A program made the translations under genes and the position numbers. Shown piece by piece: positions 22,749 through 35,259 of a DNA stretch of 64,000 nt. The stretch's first letter is position 1, and each line of letters starts with the position of its first letter. The notes beneath the pieces were generated by a model. That model saw only the letters and a list, made by a program, of their open reading frames with translations. It had not been told where the DNA came from and ran no database searches. The DNA is taken from the sequence record MZ234025.1; one strand, given 5' to 3'. The stretch is from Escherichia phage vB_EcoM-172859UKE1.

Positions 22749-24197
22749 TTAAGCTGTAGGAAGTTCAACCCATGCACCATCTTTGCGAACATAGAATTTA
22801 CCGTCTGAAGGAGCATCTTCAATATATCCAGCGTCCTTAAGAGTTTGGATTTCAGCTTCTGCAGCGGCCAAATCAGTTTCAAGAGTAGCAATTCTAGAAG
22901 TTAAACCATTAATTGTCGTATCATGACTTTTAACTGTAGGCAATATACCTCGTTCTTCAACAGTCGAACCATTTGGGTTGGTGCCATTTATAAGAGTATT
23001 TAATGTGTTTACAGAACCCTTAATTCCTGTGGAATTAGTCCCAACATCAGTTTGAATGTTCTGAATGTCATTACTCAGCCCACCGATAGTTCCTTCGAGC
23101 TCTCGAGTACGATAAAGCAAAGAGCCGTCTGGTTCCGGTTTCCCACCTGAAGCGTCAACACCGACTACGTTATTTAACCATGACACATTAAAACGCAATC
23201 CTGACGAAGAATCAGAGCCGACAACAGTGTTCAATGCTCCGATAGCATCAGTATTGAGTTTAATACGTCCTTGGATTGTAGTAGGCAAATCATCGGCGCC
23301 AATGGCAGTTTCTACCGTAGTCAAACGAGGTTTAATACCGCCTGATTGATTGAGCTCAAGATTAATGTCATTTATTGCTGAACTATTCGCATTAGTTGTA
23401 GTAATAATAGAAGTCGTATTAGGATACCCAATAGACTGTTTAATGCCATCCAAGTCAGCATTTTGACGCGACAAAGTTAAATCAATACTAGAAAGACGAC
23501 TAAACACTGGGGTAGTGAAAGAAGTACGAGGTCCCATTTCTTCGCGCAAGTGTTCGACTTCAAGAGTTAAAGAGCCAACATCAGAATCAGCAAATTTAGT
23601 TTCTAAATCAGTTAATCGAACACCGTGGTCAACAATTACGGAGCTATTAGTCATAATACGGCGTTTCATACCAGTGCTATCATTTCCTGGAGTAGGAACC
23701 CCATTAATATCTTGACCAGTATATTGTCCTAATTCGTTTTTAATCCAAAGCAGGTCGTTACGAACAGTTCTATAAACTGAATCTGTTTCCTGATTATAAA
23801 CACCAATATCATCAGTATTCGCATCAATATGTTCATTCAAATCATTCAATTCACTAGCGTGGGTTTGAACTGTGACTTTAATGACATCTATATCTTGGGT
23901 GTTCTGGCCTATCTGTGCAAGAGCATCAACATCCCCAGAAACATCTAAAATACCTTGAATAACTTTGATATCTTCATTGGCTGTATTCAAAGAAGATGCT
24001 ATAGTTTTAATATTAACATCTAACGCTTCTACATTACGTTGAACTTCAACAATAGGACGGTTCATTACACCTTCAGAACCGTATTTTGTGTCAGCACCTG
24101 TTATTTCTTCATCGTTTTTAATCCATTCAATACGACTCTGACCCGCGTCTGGCGGGCCGTCAACATATGGTAAATCTACCAGAGTTATATCAGCCAT
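22749..24197 (-). CDS. wac: Fibritin (whisker) protein
   Basis: 482 aa, coiled-coil repeats, C-terminal foldon-like GYIEDAPSDGKFYVRKDGAWVELPTA. Confidence 0.92.
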   Translation of the reverse strand: MADITLVDLPYVDGPPDAGQSRIEWIKNDEEITGADTKYGSEGVMNRPIVEVQRNVEALDVNIKTIASSLNTANEDIKVIQGILDVSGDVDALAQIGQNTQDIDVIKVTVQTHASELNDLNEHIDANTDDIGVYNQETDSVYRTVRNDLLWIKNELGQYTGQDINGVPTPGNDSTGMKRRIMTNSSVIVDHGVRLTDLETKFADSDVGSLTLEVEHLREEMGPRTSFTTPVFSRLSSIDLTLSRQNADLDGIKQSIGYPNTTSIITTTNANSSAINDINLELNQSGGIKPRLTTVETAIGADDLPTTIQGRIKLNTDAIGALNTVVGSDSSSGLRFNVSWLNNVVGVDASGGKPEPDGSLLYRTRELEGTIGGLSNDIQNIQTDVGTNSTGIKGSVNTLNTLINGTNPNGSTVEERGILPTVKSHDTTINGLTSRIATLETDLAAAEAEIQTLKDAGYIEDAPSDGKFYVRKDGAWVELPTA

Positions 24198-25780
24198 TAT
24201 TTTACCTTAATGATATAGTTTAAAGAAATATTCCATGGACGAGTTTCATTTCCAATTAATTCTGGACGATTCATGGTATATTTAGAGTTACGCTGAGACG
24301 CTGGATCAATTTCATATCCCTCGTTAGTAAAATATGAACGGTTATCCCAGTCAAGTCCTTTACGAGTACCAACAAAGTTTGAACGACGAGTATTACCAAA
24401 TGCACCGGAATCGTCATGTTCACCAAAACCACCAGCATGCTTATGATATGACATCTGTTGTTTTTGCACTTCACCAACATATCCACCGGTACAACCTACC
24501 GCTAGACGAGGCTTACCGAATTGGTCATTACCATTAACATTAGGGTTAGTTAAATGGTTACCACGACCTGAGCCACGAACAAATAATCCACGCATATCAG
24601 GCAAGCCTGGGTTAGAAGAACTACCACCATATCGTGTCCCAATTCTAGAAGCATATACCGGACATTCTGAAGCAGAAACGGTCCCACCGTGGCAGAAGCG
24701 CCAGTCAGAACTCGGTAAACTATCTGCAGCCCACATTGTAATAGCGCCAACTGGAAGAATTCGGTCTAATTCATTTTGAGTCACAATACGATTGCCTTGA
24801 ATATAACCGCCGGTCATATTGACATTACCAGTTATATTAGCGCCACCAGAACCAACCGTCAACGTATTATTAATGCGAAGCGTGCCATTAATAGTTTGTC
24901 CGCCTCGTTGGTGGATAACATCAGCATTCCAAGCAAGGGCAGAAGAACCATCACCACCTGATTGGCTACCCGCTTGTGTAGTTAAACGAACAACTCCACG
25001 TAAAGAAGTTGTAGCCCCACGCCCGTTTAATGTTGCGCCGGTCACTACAACTGAAGAGTTGTTACTATTTACTTCAGTCTGTGTCCCTAGTTTAACGACA
25101 CCTTTATTAGTTTCTGATGCTACTGAATTCATAAAGGTATAAGGTGAAATTGCATAGCCTTCACGCAGGGTGCCTTGTTGTGCTTGAGCAACTGTAGCTA
25201 AACGAACAACACCTGTAATAGATTCGGTGGCGTCACTATTATTTGGAGCAATTTGTGAAATAAGTTTAATTGCTAATTGTTGTGTTTTTAACGGGGTCAT
25301 TGCCGTTGTATCGTCAGAACCAGCTAATGCCGCAGCAGAAGTTGAAATTTTAATTACACCATTTGTTGCTTCTGTTGACACTTTTGTCTGAAATACATTG
25401 TCTATTTTTTGATTCAATTTAAGCGGAGTAATTGATGCATCGTCAATAGTTCCTGTTACTGCTTCATCTTCAGTAGCATAACGAGTTAAGCCATATTGAG
25501 TTTCGGTTGCATTAGGATATTGTAGACGAGCATTCAGTGTTGCCGGAGTAACAGCTTTACTATTATCTAATCCATCAATAACTTCTTGTGGAGTAGCTAT
25601 TTGAATAATTCCTGGTGTAGTAGTTGTTGCTTCCGGTACACCATTAACACCTGAAGGAGAAATAGCAGCTAATGCGGCTTGGACATTAGTGACTGTATCT
25701 GGAAAATTCGACCCCGTAGGGTCGAATTCAACGTAAATGGATTCGTTTGAAACGTGTTGGTATGTATTGTTATTACTCAT
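24197..25780 (-). CDS. 12: Short tail fiber protein gp12
   Basis: 527 aa, same length as T4 gp12. Confidence 0.92.
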   Translation of the reverse strand: MSNNNTYQHVSNESIYVEFDPTGSNFPDTVTNVQAALAAISPSGVNGVPEATTTTPGIIQIATPQEVIDGLDNSKAVTPATLNARLQYPNATETQYGLTRYATEDEAVTGTIDDASITPLKLNQKIDNVFQTKVSTEATNGVIKISTSAAALAGSDDTTAMTPLKTQQLAIKLISQIAPNNSDATESITGVVRLATVAQAQQGTLREGYAISPYTFMNSVASETNKGVVKLGTQTEVNSNNSSVVVTGATLNGRGATTSLRGVVRLTTQAGSQSGGDGSSALAWNADVIHQRGGQTINGTLRINNTLTVGSGGANITGNVNMTGGYIQGNRIVTQNELDRILPVGAITMWAADSLPSSDWRFCHGGTVSASECPVYASRIGTRYGGSSSNPGLPDMRGLFVRGSGRGNHLTNPNVNGNDQFGKPRLAVGCTGGYVGEVQKQQMSYHKHAGGFGEHDDSGAFGNTRRSNFVGTRKGLDWDNRSYFTNEGYEIDPASQRNSKYTMNRPELIGNETRPWNISLNYIIKVK

Positions 25781-26436
25781 GAGGCTCTCACAAAGTGGTA
25801 GAAAACGGTAGGAGTATCATGGTTATCAAGAGTAACCGTTTGGGCACCCAATAAATTCCATGTTCCGTATCCGGATTTTGCTTCAGACAAAATTTCTTGC
25901 GAAATTGTTACACCAAACGAAGCATATGTTGGCAACACATGACGTTGGTTATCTAAATATGTCACCTGAAGTTTATTACCTTCAGACGGATGGTCTTTAT
26001 AAGAAGAAATAGCGATTTGATTAGCAATGGCTTCTTGTAAAGCTATACGAACTTGTGCCGTTAATTCGTTATCAGTCATACCGATTGTTGCTTTAACAGC
26101 AAGTCCAAATACGTTAATAACGACCGGCGTTCCAGGGGCCAAAGTATCGTCGAGAACATCACCAGAAAAAGTCCAATAATCAACTTGTGCTGTACCTTCA
26201 GGCGATACGCCTGAAGTATTTGTGACAACAGTACCAATATCAGCTCGTGCCATATTATGGACATCATTTATTGCAGATTCTACGTTAGCATCATAAAAAC
26301 CGCGAGCTAACTGAGAAATAGTCACGGAACCTACAGCTTGGTTGTTTAAAACATCAATTTGAGCTGGATTTTTTCTGTAATTCAAAAAATCAGCATGACG
26401 GGAAATAACTCCCGCCTTTGTATTAAGTACAGTCAT
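25777..26436 (-). CDS. 11: Baseplate wedge subunit gp11
   Basis: 219 aa from internal ATG ([13 protein letters not shown]...), matching recalled T4 gp11; start overlaps gene 10 stop. Confidence 0.9.
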   Translation of the reverse strand: MTVLNTKAGVISRHADFLNYRKNPAQIDVLNNQAVGSVTISQLARGFYDANVESAINDVHNMARADIGTVVTNTSGVSPEGTAQVDYWTFSGDVLDDTLAPGTPVVINVFGLAVKATIGMTDNELTAQVRIALQEAIANQIAISSYKDHPSEGNKLQVTYLDNQRHVLPTYASFGVTISQEILSEAKSGYGTWNLLGAQTVTLDNHDTPTVFYHFVRAS

Positions 26437-28241
26437 TATGCAATCCTTACCCAACGGTATACAGTTATAGATGGCTGAATATTAGTTATAGAACGCGCTG
26501 GAACATGAGATTCATTAGTCTTTGCATGGTCTTCACGATATTTAGTGTAAATAGGACCTTCTGCATCTGGGTCGTATTGACAACCGCCTATAATTACTGT
26601 ACCATTATCATCAGAAATAAGAACCTTTTCATCGGTTTGTGTAGCTGGTAAATCAGCATTTTCTAATGTGATGGTTGTTACACCAACGGTACCACCTGCG
26701 GTATGAGTAGGGTTACCATTGACGTCAAGGTCATTATTATTTAATGCAAAATTAGGATCCGACGCGTCGTCATTCCAACCTGCTAATACTTTGCCTTGTC
26801 CCCAAATTTTCCACGAACCAAAACCTAAATAAGTGGCCGGATTATTAGGGTTAACCGCATTTTCGTAAATAGTCCCGACAGGATAAATTGTATCAAATAT
26901 TGCTGAAATAGTCGAGAATTCACGTTCATACTTAGGAACAGGTTCTACATTAGGCCATCCAATTTTATCGAAATCGGTTAATGCAACGTCACCAGTAATT
27001 TCAATGTTAGACCCTTGAGAAACATATTTCTCGTCAGCGACATCAAGGATTTCTTCCATTTCAAGAAGAGTTCCTAAATCGTTATTAAACCATGTGATGG
27101 TAATAATGTCTTGGTCTTCAAATTGACGGTCAAACAGAATTGCGCTAGGGATATTATCGGTATATTCAATCGCATAATCTGTATACGATTGAGTCCATGT
27201 CCCACCGAGATTAGCGCATGACTCTTCAGAATCAGCATCCACGCCTTCACAACGGAAAATAGGAGTTCCAACAGTACCAGCTAATTCTTGGAGAATACCA
27301 TTGAAGCGAACTTCTAATGAATTCGGGTTAGGTGGTTCTGTAGGATTAATACCAAATGCTGTAAATGGAATAGACCTGAATGTACTCAAATCAGTGACGT
27401 AAATACTTCCGTCAATAGACTTTTTAGCAGTCAATTTACTATCTAAAATGCGAACTTGGCGACGAGTATATGAACTACGCCACTGAGAAACACCATCTAG
27501 GAATGTTTCAATTTGTACAGTGTCTCCAACATTACATGGTTGGCGTAATCTAATATTAAATCCATCAAGTGCAACCAGTTCACCAGGATTAGCGCCTGGA
27601 GAACCAAAATCACTATTATCACTGAATACATCACCATAATACAATTCGTTGCCACGATGTTTTACGCGAATGTTGTTAACGTTATAAGAGGTCCCGTTAA
27701 AAACATCCATGAAATCGGTCTGACCTTGGGTTTCAACCAGATATTCTCTACGAGCAACATTACTAATGTCAGAGCTAACTATTTTATCAATTTGTTTGTT
27801 CTTGATGTATTCCCAACGTCCAGGAGCACAATAAACTAATTCTAAGTCAGAGAACTGAACGTTAATTTCTACCGGAGATGAAGAACCTTTAATCGTGTCT
27901 CCGTTTGCCGGAATTAAAGTAACAGGGTTAATGTTCCAAGTTGCAAATACGTCACGAGCACGAATAACTTTATTATAGTCTGCAATTGTCCCTTTAGGAA
28001 GATTTACTGAAACTCGTCCAGAAGTAGTATTAATTGCATAAGATTTACCCCAAGCAGCCTTAAGATTAAGACCATCAGCCGCATCATAAGTCTTCCACGC
28101 ACCAGCGGCGTAAGGAACTTCACCATCACCTAATTCATAATAGATTTCGTCAAAGTTCTCATTTATTTTTTCACCACCTCGACGAAGGTAATCGCCTTGT
28201 CCGTCATCAACGACGTTACCAATTTTAATATTTTGTTTCAT
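26436..28241 (-). CDS. 10: Baseplate wedge subunit gp10
   Basis: 601 aa. Confidence 0.92.
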   Translation of the reverse strand: MKQNIKIGNVVDDGQGDYLRRGGEKINENFDEIYYELGDGEVPYAAGAWKTYDAADGLNLKAAWGKSYAINTTSGRVSVNLPKGTIADYNKVIRARDVFATWNINPVTLIPANGDTIKGSSSPVEINVQFSDLELVYCAPGRWEYIKNKQIDKIVSSDISNVARREYLVETQGQTDFMDVFNGTSYNVNNIRVKHRGNELYYGDVFSDNSDFGSPGANPGELVALDGFNIRLRQPCNVGDTVQIETFLDGVSQWRSSYTRRQVRILDSKLTAKKSIDGSIYVTDLSTFRSIPFTAFGINPTEPPNPNSLEVRFNGILQELAGTVGTPIFRCEGVDADSEESCANLGGTWTQSYTDYAIEYTDNIPSAILFDRQFEDQDIITITWFNNDLGTLLEMEEILDVADEKYVSQGSNIEITGDVALTDFDKIGWPNVEPVPKYEREFSTISAIFDTIYPVGTIYENAVNPNNPATYLGFGSWKIWGQGKVLAGWNDDASDPNFALNNNDLDVNGNPTHTAGGTVGVTTITLENADLPATQTDEKVLISDDNGTVIIGGCQYDPDAEGPIYTKYREDHAKTNESHVPARSITNIQPSITVYRWVRIA

Positions 28242-29113
28242 TATTGAGCGACCCCAATTTTCTGAGTTGAGATAATTTTAACTGCTGAACGTAATCCAAT
28301 AATATCGGATGTAATCGTCATAGTAGCAAAGTTGTTAATAATACTAAAGCTAATATTAGCAATCTCGTCGGTTTCATCTACATTACCAACTCGCATTACT
28401 GCAAATTCGGTAGAAAGAACTTCTGAGTTAATTGTATCTATTAGAATATTTATTTCGCATGTTTTTATTTTTCTACCGTCGGCGGATTGGCATGTAACAA
28501 GCAATTTAGCCATGTTATAATCTGTGCGATAAAACAGAGGAATAGAAACTGTGTTTCCTGTAAGACCCCAAGTCCCATCGACGGGAGATTCTTTCTGCCC
28601 AAACATGCTATCAGTAGAATAATTCCATACTGAAGTTGGCCCATTAATTTCAACACAACGAAGAACAACATGGGTATAAGGGGTGGAAATAACAAGATTA
28701 TTAAGAACACCTTTAATCGAACCATCGGTTACTTGGATACTTAAAGGATTGTTAACAGAAATAGACCCATTAGAGTTTATGAATTCCACAGAGTCACCTA
28801 ATTCAGGACGGTCAATAATAACAATCACACCGCCATCAGAAGCATCAATATCATGCATGGTGCCGGGTTTAATAGGAGTTTGATAATCGACCGCCTTTCC
28901 TTTTTGATAATAACCTGTGGCATGAATAGTTTGACCTGTAGGTCCGGTTCCATCTGCTACGGCCATTTTACGTTGATCGCCAAATGCATTGTAAATAGCG
29001 TTGATATCGTCATTTATTTTATTACCACCGTCGAATAAGATATCACCTGTTGAGGCATTACCAATTTCGCCGGTATCGATTAATTGTTTAGGAGTTTGCT
29101 TAAAAAATGCCAT
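28241..29113 (-). CDS. 9: Baseplate wedge subunit gp9 (long tail fiber attachment)
   Basis: 290 aa. Confidence 0.9.
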   Translation of the reverse strand: MAFFKQTPKQLIDTGEIGNASTGDILFDGGNKINDDINAIYNAFGDQRKMAVADGTGPTGQTIHATGYYQKGKAVDYQTPIKPGTMHDIDASDGGVIVIIDRPELGDSVEFINSNGSISVNNPLSIQVTDGSIKGVLNNLVISTPYTHVVLRCVEINGPTSVWNYSTDSMFGQKESPVDGTWGLTGNTVSIPLFYRTDYNMAKLLVTCQSADGRKIKTCEINILIDTINSEVLSTEFAVMRVGNVDETDEIANISFSIINNFATMTITSDIIGLRSAVKIISTQKIGVAQ

Positions 29114-29145
29114 AATTCTGCCTTTTGTTGTCCGATATTATATTC

Positions 29146-29153
29146 TATTTATA
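29146..29153 (-). promoter_or_regulatory. T4-type late promoter box TATAAATA (for gene 9)
   Basis: Exact TATAAATA on minus strand between the gene 8 terminator and gene 9. Confidence 0.6.
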
Positions 29154-29164
29154 GATACAAAAAT

Positions 29165-29182
29165 GGGAGCCCGAAGGCTCCC
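29165..29182 (-). terminator. Terminator hairpin after gene 8
   Basis: GGGAGCC-cgaa-GGCTCCC hairpin; a T-run follows on the minus strand. Confidence 0.65.
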
Positions 29183-29185
29183 TAA

Positions 29186-30190
29186 TTAAAACATAAACAA
29201 AATGTTAATTTCTTCTGTTTGGTCCATTGCCATAATAACAGGTGGTCGGTTTTCCATATAAATCATTTCACCAGAATGACGCTGCAGGTCTCTAGGGTCG
29301 TAATAATCCTTTTCTGCTTTAACATTAGGGTCATTTGGATTTTTCTTAGCTTCTAACGGGTTTGCGATAATTGATATCTGTCTAAAACCCTTGTTACCAG
29401 GCAAAGCTGCCTCAGGGAAATAAACCGAATCAAAATATGCTTTAAACCGCATCGTATTGGCTTTAACACGGTAAATCAAGCCATAGTCGTCTTGTTGCCA
29501 AGTTAAGTTATTTTCGTATCCCCAACGCGTAGGGTCTTCTTTAATTTCTTCCGGCCATGGAACTACAAGATATTCGTTAGTGCAACGGTTAATTGACACA
29601 TCGGCAGGAATCTCATAAAGATATTCCCAAATATATCCATCACCGGTTTCGATAACCCCATTAGCATCGCCTCTGCCTTCAGGAGGAGACATAGAACGAA
29701 CAGACGGGGTCCATTTACCACCCAATTTAAGACATTCATCTTTATTATCTAAAGATTCTATTGAACAGAGCCCTACGTCAGGGACATCTAAACAACGGTA
29801 AATTAACCAACCGGCTCCAACTTCTGTCGCGTTGTACGGAGCAGTATTACATGCGACTATATCGTTAATTCTAAACGTGTAAGGGTCTGGATATCGCACA
29901 TCTCCCCAATCACGCCTAGGAATAACAGAATCTAACATTGAAGGTAAAACTTTAACGGTACCCATCATATGGGTCCACATATCAGTAACACCAAGAACAG
30001 AATCTGTAGGATAAGGTGGGGCGAAGCCCACCTCATTTTCATTTGACGCCCAAGGCTCTGAACGCCCAAATGTAATATAAATGGAGTTCTTATCGTCTCC
30101 ATCCCCAACTGAATTGTAAAAATTCAGCATTTTCTCTGTTCTAAATTTTGATGTAACTATTGCACGATAGATAACACTTGAATCATTCAT
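29186..30190 (-). CDS. 8: Baseplate wedge subunit gp8
   Basis: 334 aa. Confidence 0.92.
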   Translation of the reverse strand: MNDSSVIYRAIVTSKFRTEKMLNFYNSVGDGDDKNSIYITFGRSEPWASNENEVGFAPPYPTDSVLGVTDMWTHMMGTVKVLPSMLDSVIPRRDWGDVRYPDPYTFRINDIVACNTAPYNATEVGAGWLIYRCLDVPDVGLCSIESLDNKDECLKLGGKWTPSVRSMSPPEGRGDANGVIETGDGYIWEYLYEIPADVSINRCTNEYLVVPWPEEIKEDPTRWGYENNLTWQQDDYGLIYRVKANTMRFKAYFDSVYFPEAALPGNKGFRQISIIANPLEAKKNPNDPNVKAEKDYYDPRDLQRHSGEMIYMENRPPVIMAMDQTEEINILFMF

Positions 30191-33100
30191 CTAATTTAAC
30201 CTGTGGTGGATTCACGGGGTCTCTTGGATTTCCTACATTATCGATTAACCGCTGTTCAACCAAATCTCTAAATCTAGAGAATGTTGTTCCGGACGCATCA
30301 AATAATGGGCTCATCAGTTTACGTCGTTCCGATGGAAGTTGACCTTGAAATATGGAGTTATTGTTTTCAGCGTTATAATCTTCAGGTAATGGATAATCTT
30401 GACCAGCCATAGGGCCTATTTCATATATCGCTTTACCTGTAATAGGGTCAAACTCAACATTTCCTTGTGGGTCTAATTTAGCCACTCGGTCTGCATATTT
30501 AGTCGGTAATCCAGAATCCCACTTATAGTTTTTGTATTTATTAATAATGGTTTCAACATGTTTAAGTGTTAATCCGGTGTTAATAAACATTGTGAGAAGG
30601 GTAATTGCGATAAATCCAAATCCAACCGGATGAACAAAACGTAATACGTCTGATTTCCAACGAGATGATGGAAGTTTAGATTTAATCTTCATTACGTAGT
30701 ATGCTCTACCACGATTTATGTAATCGATGTTGTTCTGAGAAAGCTCTTTACCTTTAATACCACGAACAATTTCACCTTCAAAACCAGGGAGTCTTTCAGC
30801 TTTAACTTCCTGTCCTTGGATTAAACGACCTAAGAGGTTGTGAATTGTTACAGCCCATTGTAATTTACCTTTAGAGTAACTTCTCTCGATATACGTCACA
30901 TTACAACGTCCTGTAGCGGTGTATATGGTTTGTCCGACCAAATCTTCTGTCAACGAATCAGATTCAATGATGATATCATATTCAGTCCCGGAACTAGATT
31001 CAATTTCAATTTCAACATCTTCGTTATAAAGCACTTTAAACAAGAATTTATATGATGCTTCAGTTCCTTTAGTTGAATAGAAGTCATAACTTCTTGATTC
31101 AAAGAAACGAGACACTAAATCGCGTTTTTCGGCGTTTAAGTAAATGTTTCGTTTATAAATCTCAGACCATAAGTATTCCCACGCATGTTCTTCGCGCGGA
31201 TATTGATTTTTAATAAGATTTAAAAGGTTGTTATAATGAGTCCCATAACCGTCAGAAAGATACCGAATATAAGCCTCGCAGAATGCTTCGAAGTTTGTAT
31301 TATCTAAAAGATAAGACTCTGGCATCATTGTAGTGAGCAATGGTCGTAAATCTGGGTCCGCAATACCATTCTCTTCCACAGGAGTCCATGTGGTATCTTT
31401 TTCTTGGTTTTGTAACGATGCTGTTAAGAATATATTAGTAGGCTTCCAAATTATAGAAACATTATCTCTAACACGATAACTAAAATCATAATAAGAAATA
31501 ATCTCACCTGATGCTTTATAGAAAATCATGCCAGATGCATATTTTTTAAATCCGGTGAAATCTACGTTAGGCATAACTATTGTACAGTCACCGTCCTTCC
31601 AATATTCATGAACTTCACGGTCTGAAGAACTAAGTGGATGATTCTCAATAACCTTAGTGTAAAGTAAATCAGAATAAATTACAACGGCCTTGTCTGAGTT
31701 ATTAATCCAACAACGAGTACCAGACTTTCTAGAATAACTAAAGAATGGCTCAGCATAGTATTCCATTGGTTGAGGAGTGAACGATTCCCATTGAGAGTCT
31801 TCAGTTGAAATAAATGCCATCATATGATAATGTTTATCAGCCAACCATTCGCGAGGATACTCATATTTAACAGCACCGATTAAACCGTACTTGACTTGTG
31901 TTTTTGGGTCATCAACAATATCCGATTCTAGAAATTTAAAATTACTAGATGAAATAGATAACTCAACACCATCAGTAGACATACTGGTGTACCCAGGTTC
32001 AATACGACGGCGTTCTTCTTCAGTATTACCAAACACACGTTTAAATGTGCCAGCATCATGGTCTAGAACGTAAATACCCTTATCAACAGAATCAACAATA
32101 GGAGTAGTCCTCGGGTCATCGTTAAGATTAACAACTTCACCGATAATCAGTGCAAATATTTTACCACCGACAGAATCCATTTTATAGCAAACTGCCTTAG
32201 GGTTACCTGTGATGTTAAATGTTTCTTGTTCAAACAAACGTTCGGAATACGTCGGAGATAACGGGTCTGAATCAATAGGGGCATTACTAGTTTTAATAAA
32301 ACGAACTTTATCTCGAGCAGCAACGTATACATAATCGTCATTGCAAACGATAGCTTCTGCAATACGTGACACGTTAGCAGGTAATGATGCGTAGTTACCA
32401 AATATTTCTACATCAAATCCTAAATTTAACTGGTCACCAATTTTAGCAAATGTTATATCTTGAGAACTAAATCTCACATCATCAGCAGACCAACGAACGT
32501 CAGTTGATTTACGCCCGTAAAATAATTTATCATACCCAAGAACATACGTGGTATAATCTGTCTGGTAATACACTGTTCTTGATACAGGGTACCCTACACG
32601 GTCATTAAACAATTTAACCGATTTCCAGGTTTGTCCCTTATCATTAGAGACTTTAACCACAGGCTGATACCGTTCAAACAAATAAAGAATTCCTTCGGAT
32701 TCCATCAAATAAACACGGTTTATATCATGACACACCTGTTGAATCGAACCTTGAATTTCATGATACTCATTTTCGCCAATAATGAAATTTTTAATAGATG
32801 AAATATCCGCATAAGCAGGGCTAAATTGGAACGATTCATTCATTAGAGCTGCCATTATAGTGTCGTTATTAAAATCGACATAAGCCATGTTGTTATTTGT
32901 AAATTTTTCTCTAATAAAAGTGTTAGCCAATTGCATTTCAATCATATGTTGAAATGTATACGCGTTAGTCTGAAATGATTCAAATATTTCGGTGTATACC
33001 CAATCAGATCTCTCGAAGCCTTCGGCTGCAGTTGATACACGAATAATATAAGAAGTTAATGGGTCTAAGCTACTTTCGAACCAGTTGCTATTAGGAGTAT

Positions 33101-33281
33101 ATCCTAAATTTATCCATCTGTAGCTGGCAGGGGGAATTATTTCCCCGTCTGCCGTTTTAGTCTCAGCGATTTCTACGAAATAGTAGAAATTAGCACCAAC
33201 GTCATCCCAGCGTATTTGAACTTGGTTAGCGGACAACTTGGATATTCTGAGACTTGTGACTGCTGGCGCTTTTACTGTCAT
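30183..33281 (-). CDS. 7: Baseplate wedge initiator gp7
   Basis: 1032 aa, same length as T4 gp7. Confidence 0.95.
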   Translation of the reverse strand: MTVKAPAVTSLRISKLSANQVQIRWDDVGANFYYFVEIAETKTADGEIIPPASYRWINLGYTPNSNWFESSLDPLTSYIIRVSTAAEGFERSDWVYTEIFESFQTNAYTFQHMIEMQLANTFIREKFTNNNMAYVDFNNDTIMAALMNESFQFSPAYADISSIKNFIIGENEYHEIQGSIQQVCHDINRVYLMESEGILYLFERYQPVVKVSNDKGQTWKSVKLFNDRVGYPVSRTVYYQTDYTTYVLGYDKLFYGRKSTDVRWSADDVRFSSQDITFAKIGDQLNLGFDVEIFGNYASLPANVSRIAEAIVCNDDYVYVAARDKVRFIKTSNAPIDSDPLSPTYSERLFEQETFNITGNPKAVCYKMDSVGGKIFALIIGEVVNLNDDPRTTPIVDSVDKGIYVLDHDAGTFKRVFGNTEEERRRIEPGYTSMSTDGVELSISSSNFKFLESDIVDDPKTQVKYGLIGAVKYEYPREWLADKHYHMMAFISTEDSQWESFTPQPMEYYAEPFFSYSRKSGTRCWINNSDKAVVIYSDLLYTKVIENHPLSSSDREVHEYWKDGDCTIVMPNVDFTGFKKYASGMIFYKASGEIISYYDFSYRVRDNVSIIWKPTNIFLTASLQNQEKDTTWTPVEENGIADPDLRPLLTTMMPESYLLDNTNFEAFCEAYIRYLSDGYGTHYNNLLNLIKNQYPREEHAWEYLWSEIYKRNIYLNAEKRDLVSRFFESRSYDFYSTKGTEASYKFLFKVLYNEDVEIEIESSSGTEYDIIIESDSLTEDLVGQTIYTATGRCNVTYIERSYSKGKLQWAVTIHNLLGRLIQGQEVKAERLPGFEGEIVRGIKGKELSQNNIDYINRGRAYYVMKIKSKLPSSRWKSDVLRFVHPVGFGFIAITLLTMFINTGLTLKHVETIINKYKNYKWDSGLPTKYADRVAKLDPQGNVEFDPITGKAIYEIGPMAGQDYPLPEDYNAENNNSIFQGQLPSERRKLMSPLFDASGTTFSRFRDLVEQRLIDNVGNPRDPVNPPQVKLDE

Positions 33282-35251
33282 TGTGAAATAGGCTCCAAAT
33301 CTATAGTTAAGTACTGAGGACGTAAGTCATTTTCGAATACAATTAAAGAACCATCCTTTGTAAAAATAATATCATCTGCAGGGTCGGAATAAAGTTCAAT
33401 TGTTTGAACTTCAAAACGGTCTGAAGTGAGGTCAATTTTAGCAATGTTCCAATAAATCGAATCGGCAGGATAATTCACTTCACCAATTGAATAGTATTTG
33501 TTTCGTCCGTCAGTAACAGTAAGTTTATTAAAATCATTACCTGTATAAGGTTGTATATTTTCGTTTTCAACAACATCACCGTCTGCAAATGGACCAATAA
33601 TAACTTGACCTATGCCACGGTCATTACGGTCAGAAGATACTATGCGAACACCGTATTTAATAGTTTCGTTTGCATTTTCTGGATTAGGTCTGTGCGAATC
33701 AAACGAGAATATATTAGATTCCATCGATCTATCTTTAATCTGATTATTGTATTTAATACCGGCCTCAGGCGTTTTATAGAAGTTTTGTACTTCGCGAACC
33801 ATTTGAATAGTAGCTGAAGAACCAATAATAGAAATATCTGCATCATCGACATAAGTTAGCATTTTAGATTTTGCAAACGATGAGTTAAAAATTTCTACAT
33901 CTTCAATATAATAACGGTCTATTTTATTAATAATCTGCCCTTCAAGATATTGTTCTGATTCTTGGAGTTTATTCAACGCGTATGTAACTTTGATATTCAT
34001 TTTGATAAACAAATAATCAGGCGAAATAACAACAGGTGTAATAGTCCCTAAGTTATAATCATTCAAATAGTTTTTGATATCATCACGTTGAACAGAAGTC
34101 AAATACAATCCAGATTTAGGCTTAGCAGCAATATATGCGTACCCTGGTTTAGATGAATCTGTGAATGTTTGAACCGCTTGAATAATAGAACCAAACCGCT
34201 CAGAGACGAATGTGTCATAGTCGGAAGCAGTTACACAACGTTGTTGAGTTTCGCGTTTAATTGTGCCTAATTCGCGGATACGTTCAATATCTTCAGGGTC
34301 ACCACCGCCGTCAGCCCCAACAAAGTCTGGGTTATTGCTAGGGTTCTCGTTAATATCGATTACCGTGATATTAGCTAATGTATCAGCATAAGAAAATCCT
34401 ACAGCACCGTTAGCATCTGCGCCATTAGTAGAAATATACTCAATTACGATTTTAGAACCCTGAACAGGTTTAAGGCCACCAATATAGTTAGATGTTAACG
34501 CACCTTCTGACGTGTTAATAGAGATTTCGCCTTCACCAAAATAAAATTCGGTGTTCCCATCAACTGTTTCACGCATATAATAGATTGTTGACGTAGAACC
34601 AGCGTGAACCATCGACTTACGAGTCCAGTTAATCCATTCTGCTCCGTCAACATACAACTTAACCAAATTACGGTCAATATTCTTATCACGAATAATGATA
34701 GGTTTTAATCTATCAAATGTTAATTCAGTGCGAACAATACGTCCTTGAGCTAATCGAAGACGTGGAAAATATTGGTTATTTTTGTCTTTAACTACAATGA
34801 CATCTTCAGTAGAAACAAAGTTATACGGGTTAACAGAAGTATCTTTAGCGTATGCTAAGAAACGAGTGCCACGTGGAATGGTGATATAGTTTCTATTTAA
34901 TGCATCTGTACATGTGAGCATAATTTCTGTTTGTGCTGCTGATTTAGATGAAGGCAGATATCCGTTATCTTGAGCCGCTTGTACAACAGAACTACGCAAG
35001 TTTGCAGTACGCATAAAACTTTCATACACTGCACTATTACTGAACTGTTGGATGTAAAGAGTGTTATATGCTAAAAGGTCACACAATACGTTTAAACGCG
35101 AACCTTCAAAATCATAATCAAGAAATTCATTCTGCCCATTGAGCCATTCAATAATGTTCTGTTTGATTTCGGCAAATGTGCCCCCGATAAAAATCTCGGG
35201 AATAGCATTCGCTGTTCGGGTTAATTGATAATTTACAGGAGTGTTTGGCAT
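33278..35251 (-). CDS. 6: Baseplate wedge subunit gp6
   Basis: 657 aa from internal ATG (MPNTPVNYQLTRTANAIPEIF...) matching recalled T4 gp6 N-terminus; the longer ORF-track start would overlap 5.4. Confidence 0.9.
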   Translation of the reverse strand: MPNTPVNYQLTRTANAIPEIFIGGTFAEIKQNIIEWLNGQNEFLDYDFEGSRLNVLCDLLAYNTLYIQQFSNSAVYESFMRTANLRSSVVQAAQDNGYLPSSKSAAQTEIMLTCTDALNRNYITIPRGTRFLAYAKDTSVNPYNFVSTEDVIVVKDKNNQYFPRLRLAQGRIVRTELTFDRLKPIIIRDKNIDRNLVKLYVDGAEWINWTRKSMVHAGSTSTIYYMRETVDGNTEFYFGEGEISINTSEGALTSNYIGGLKPVQGSKIVIEYISTNGADANGAVGFSYADTLANITVIDINENPSNNPDFVGADGGGDPEDIERIRELGTIKRETQQRCVTASDYDTFVSERFGSIIQAVQTFTDSSKPGYAYIAAKPKSGLYLTSVQRDDIKNYLNDYNLGTITPVVISPDYLFIKMNIKVTYALNKLQESEQYLEGQIINKIDRYYIEDVEIFNSSFAKSKMLTYVDDADISIIGSSATIQMVREVQNFYKTPEAGIKYNNQIKDRSMESNIFSFDSHRPNPENANETIKYGVRIVSSDRNDRGIGQVIIGPFADGDVVENENIQPYTGNDFNKLTVTDGRNKYYSIGEVNYPADSIYWNIAKIDLTSDRFEVQTIELYSDPADDIIFTKDGSLIVFENDLRPQYLTIDLEPISQ

Positions 35252-35259
35252 TTTAATTC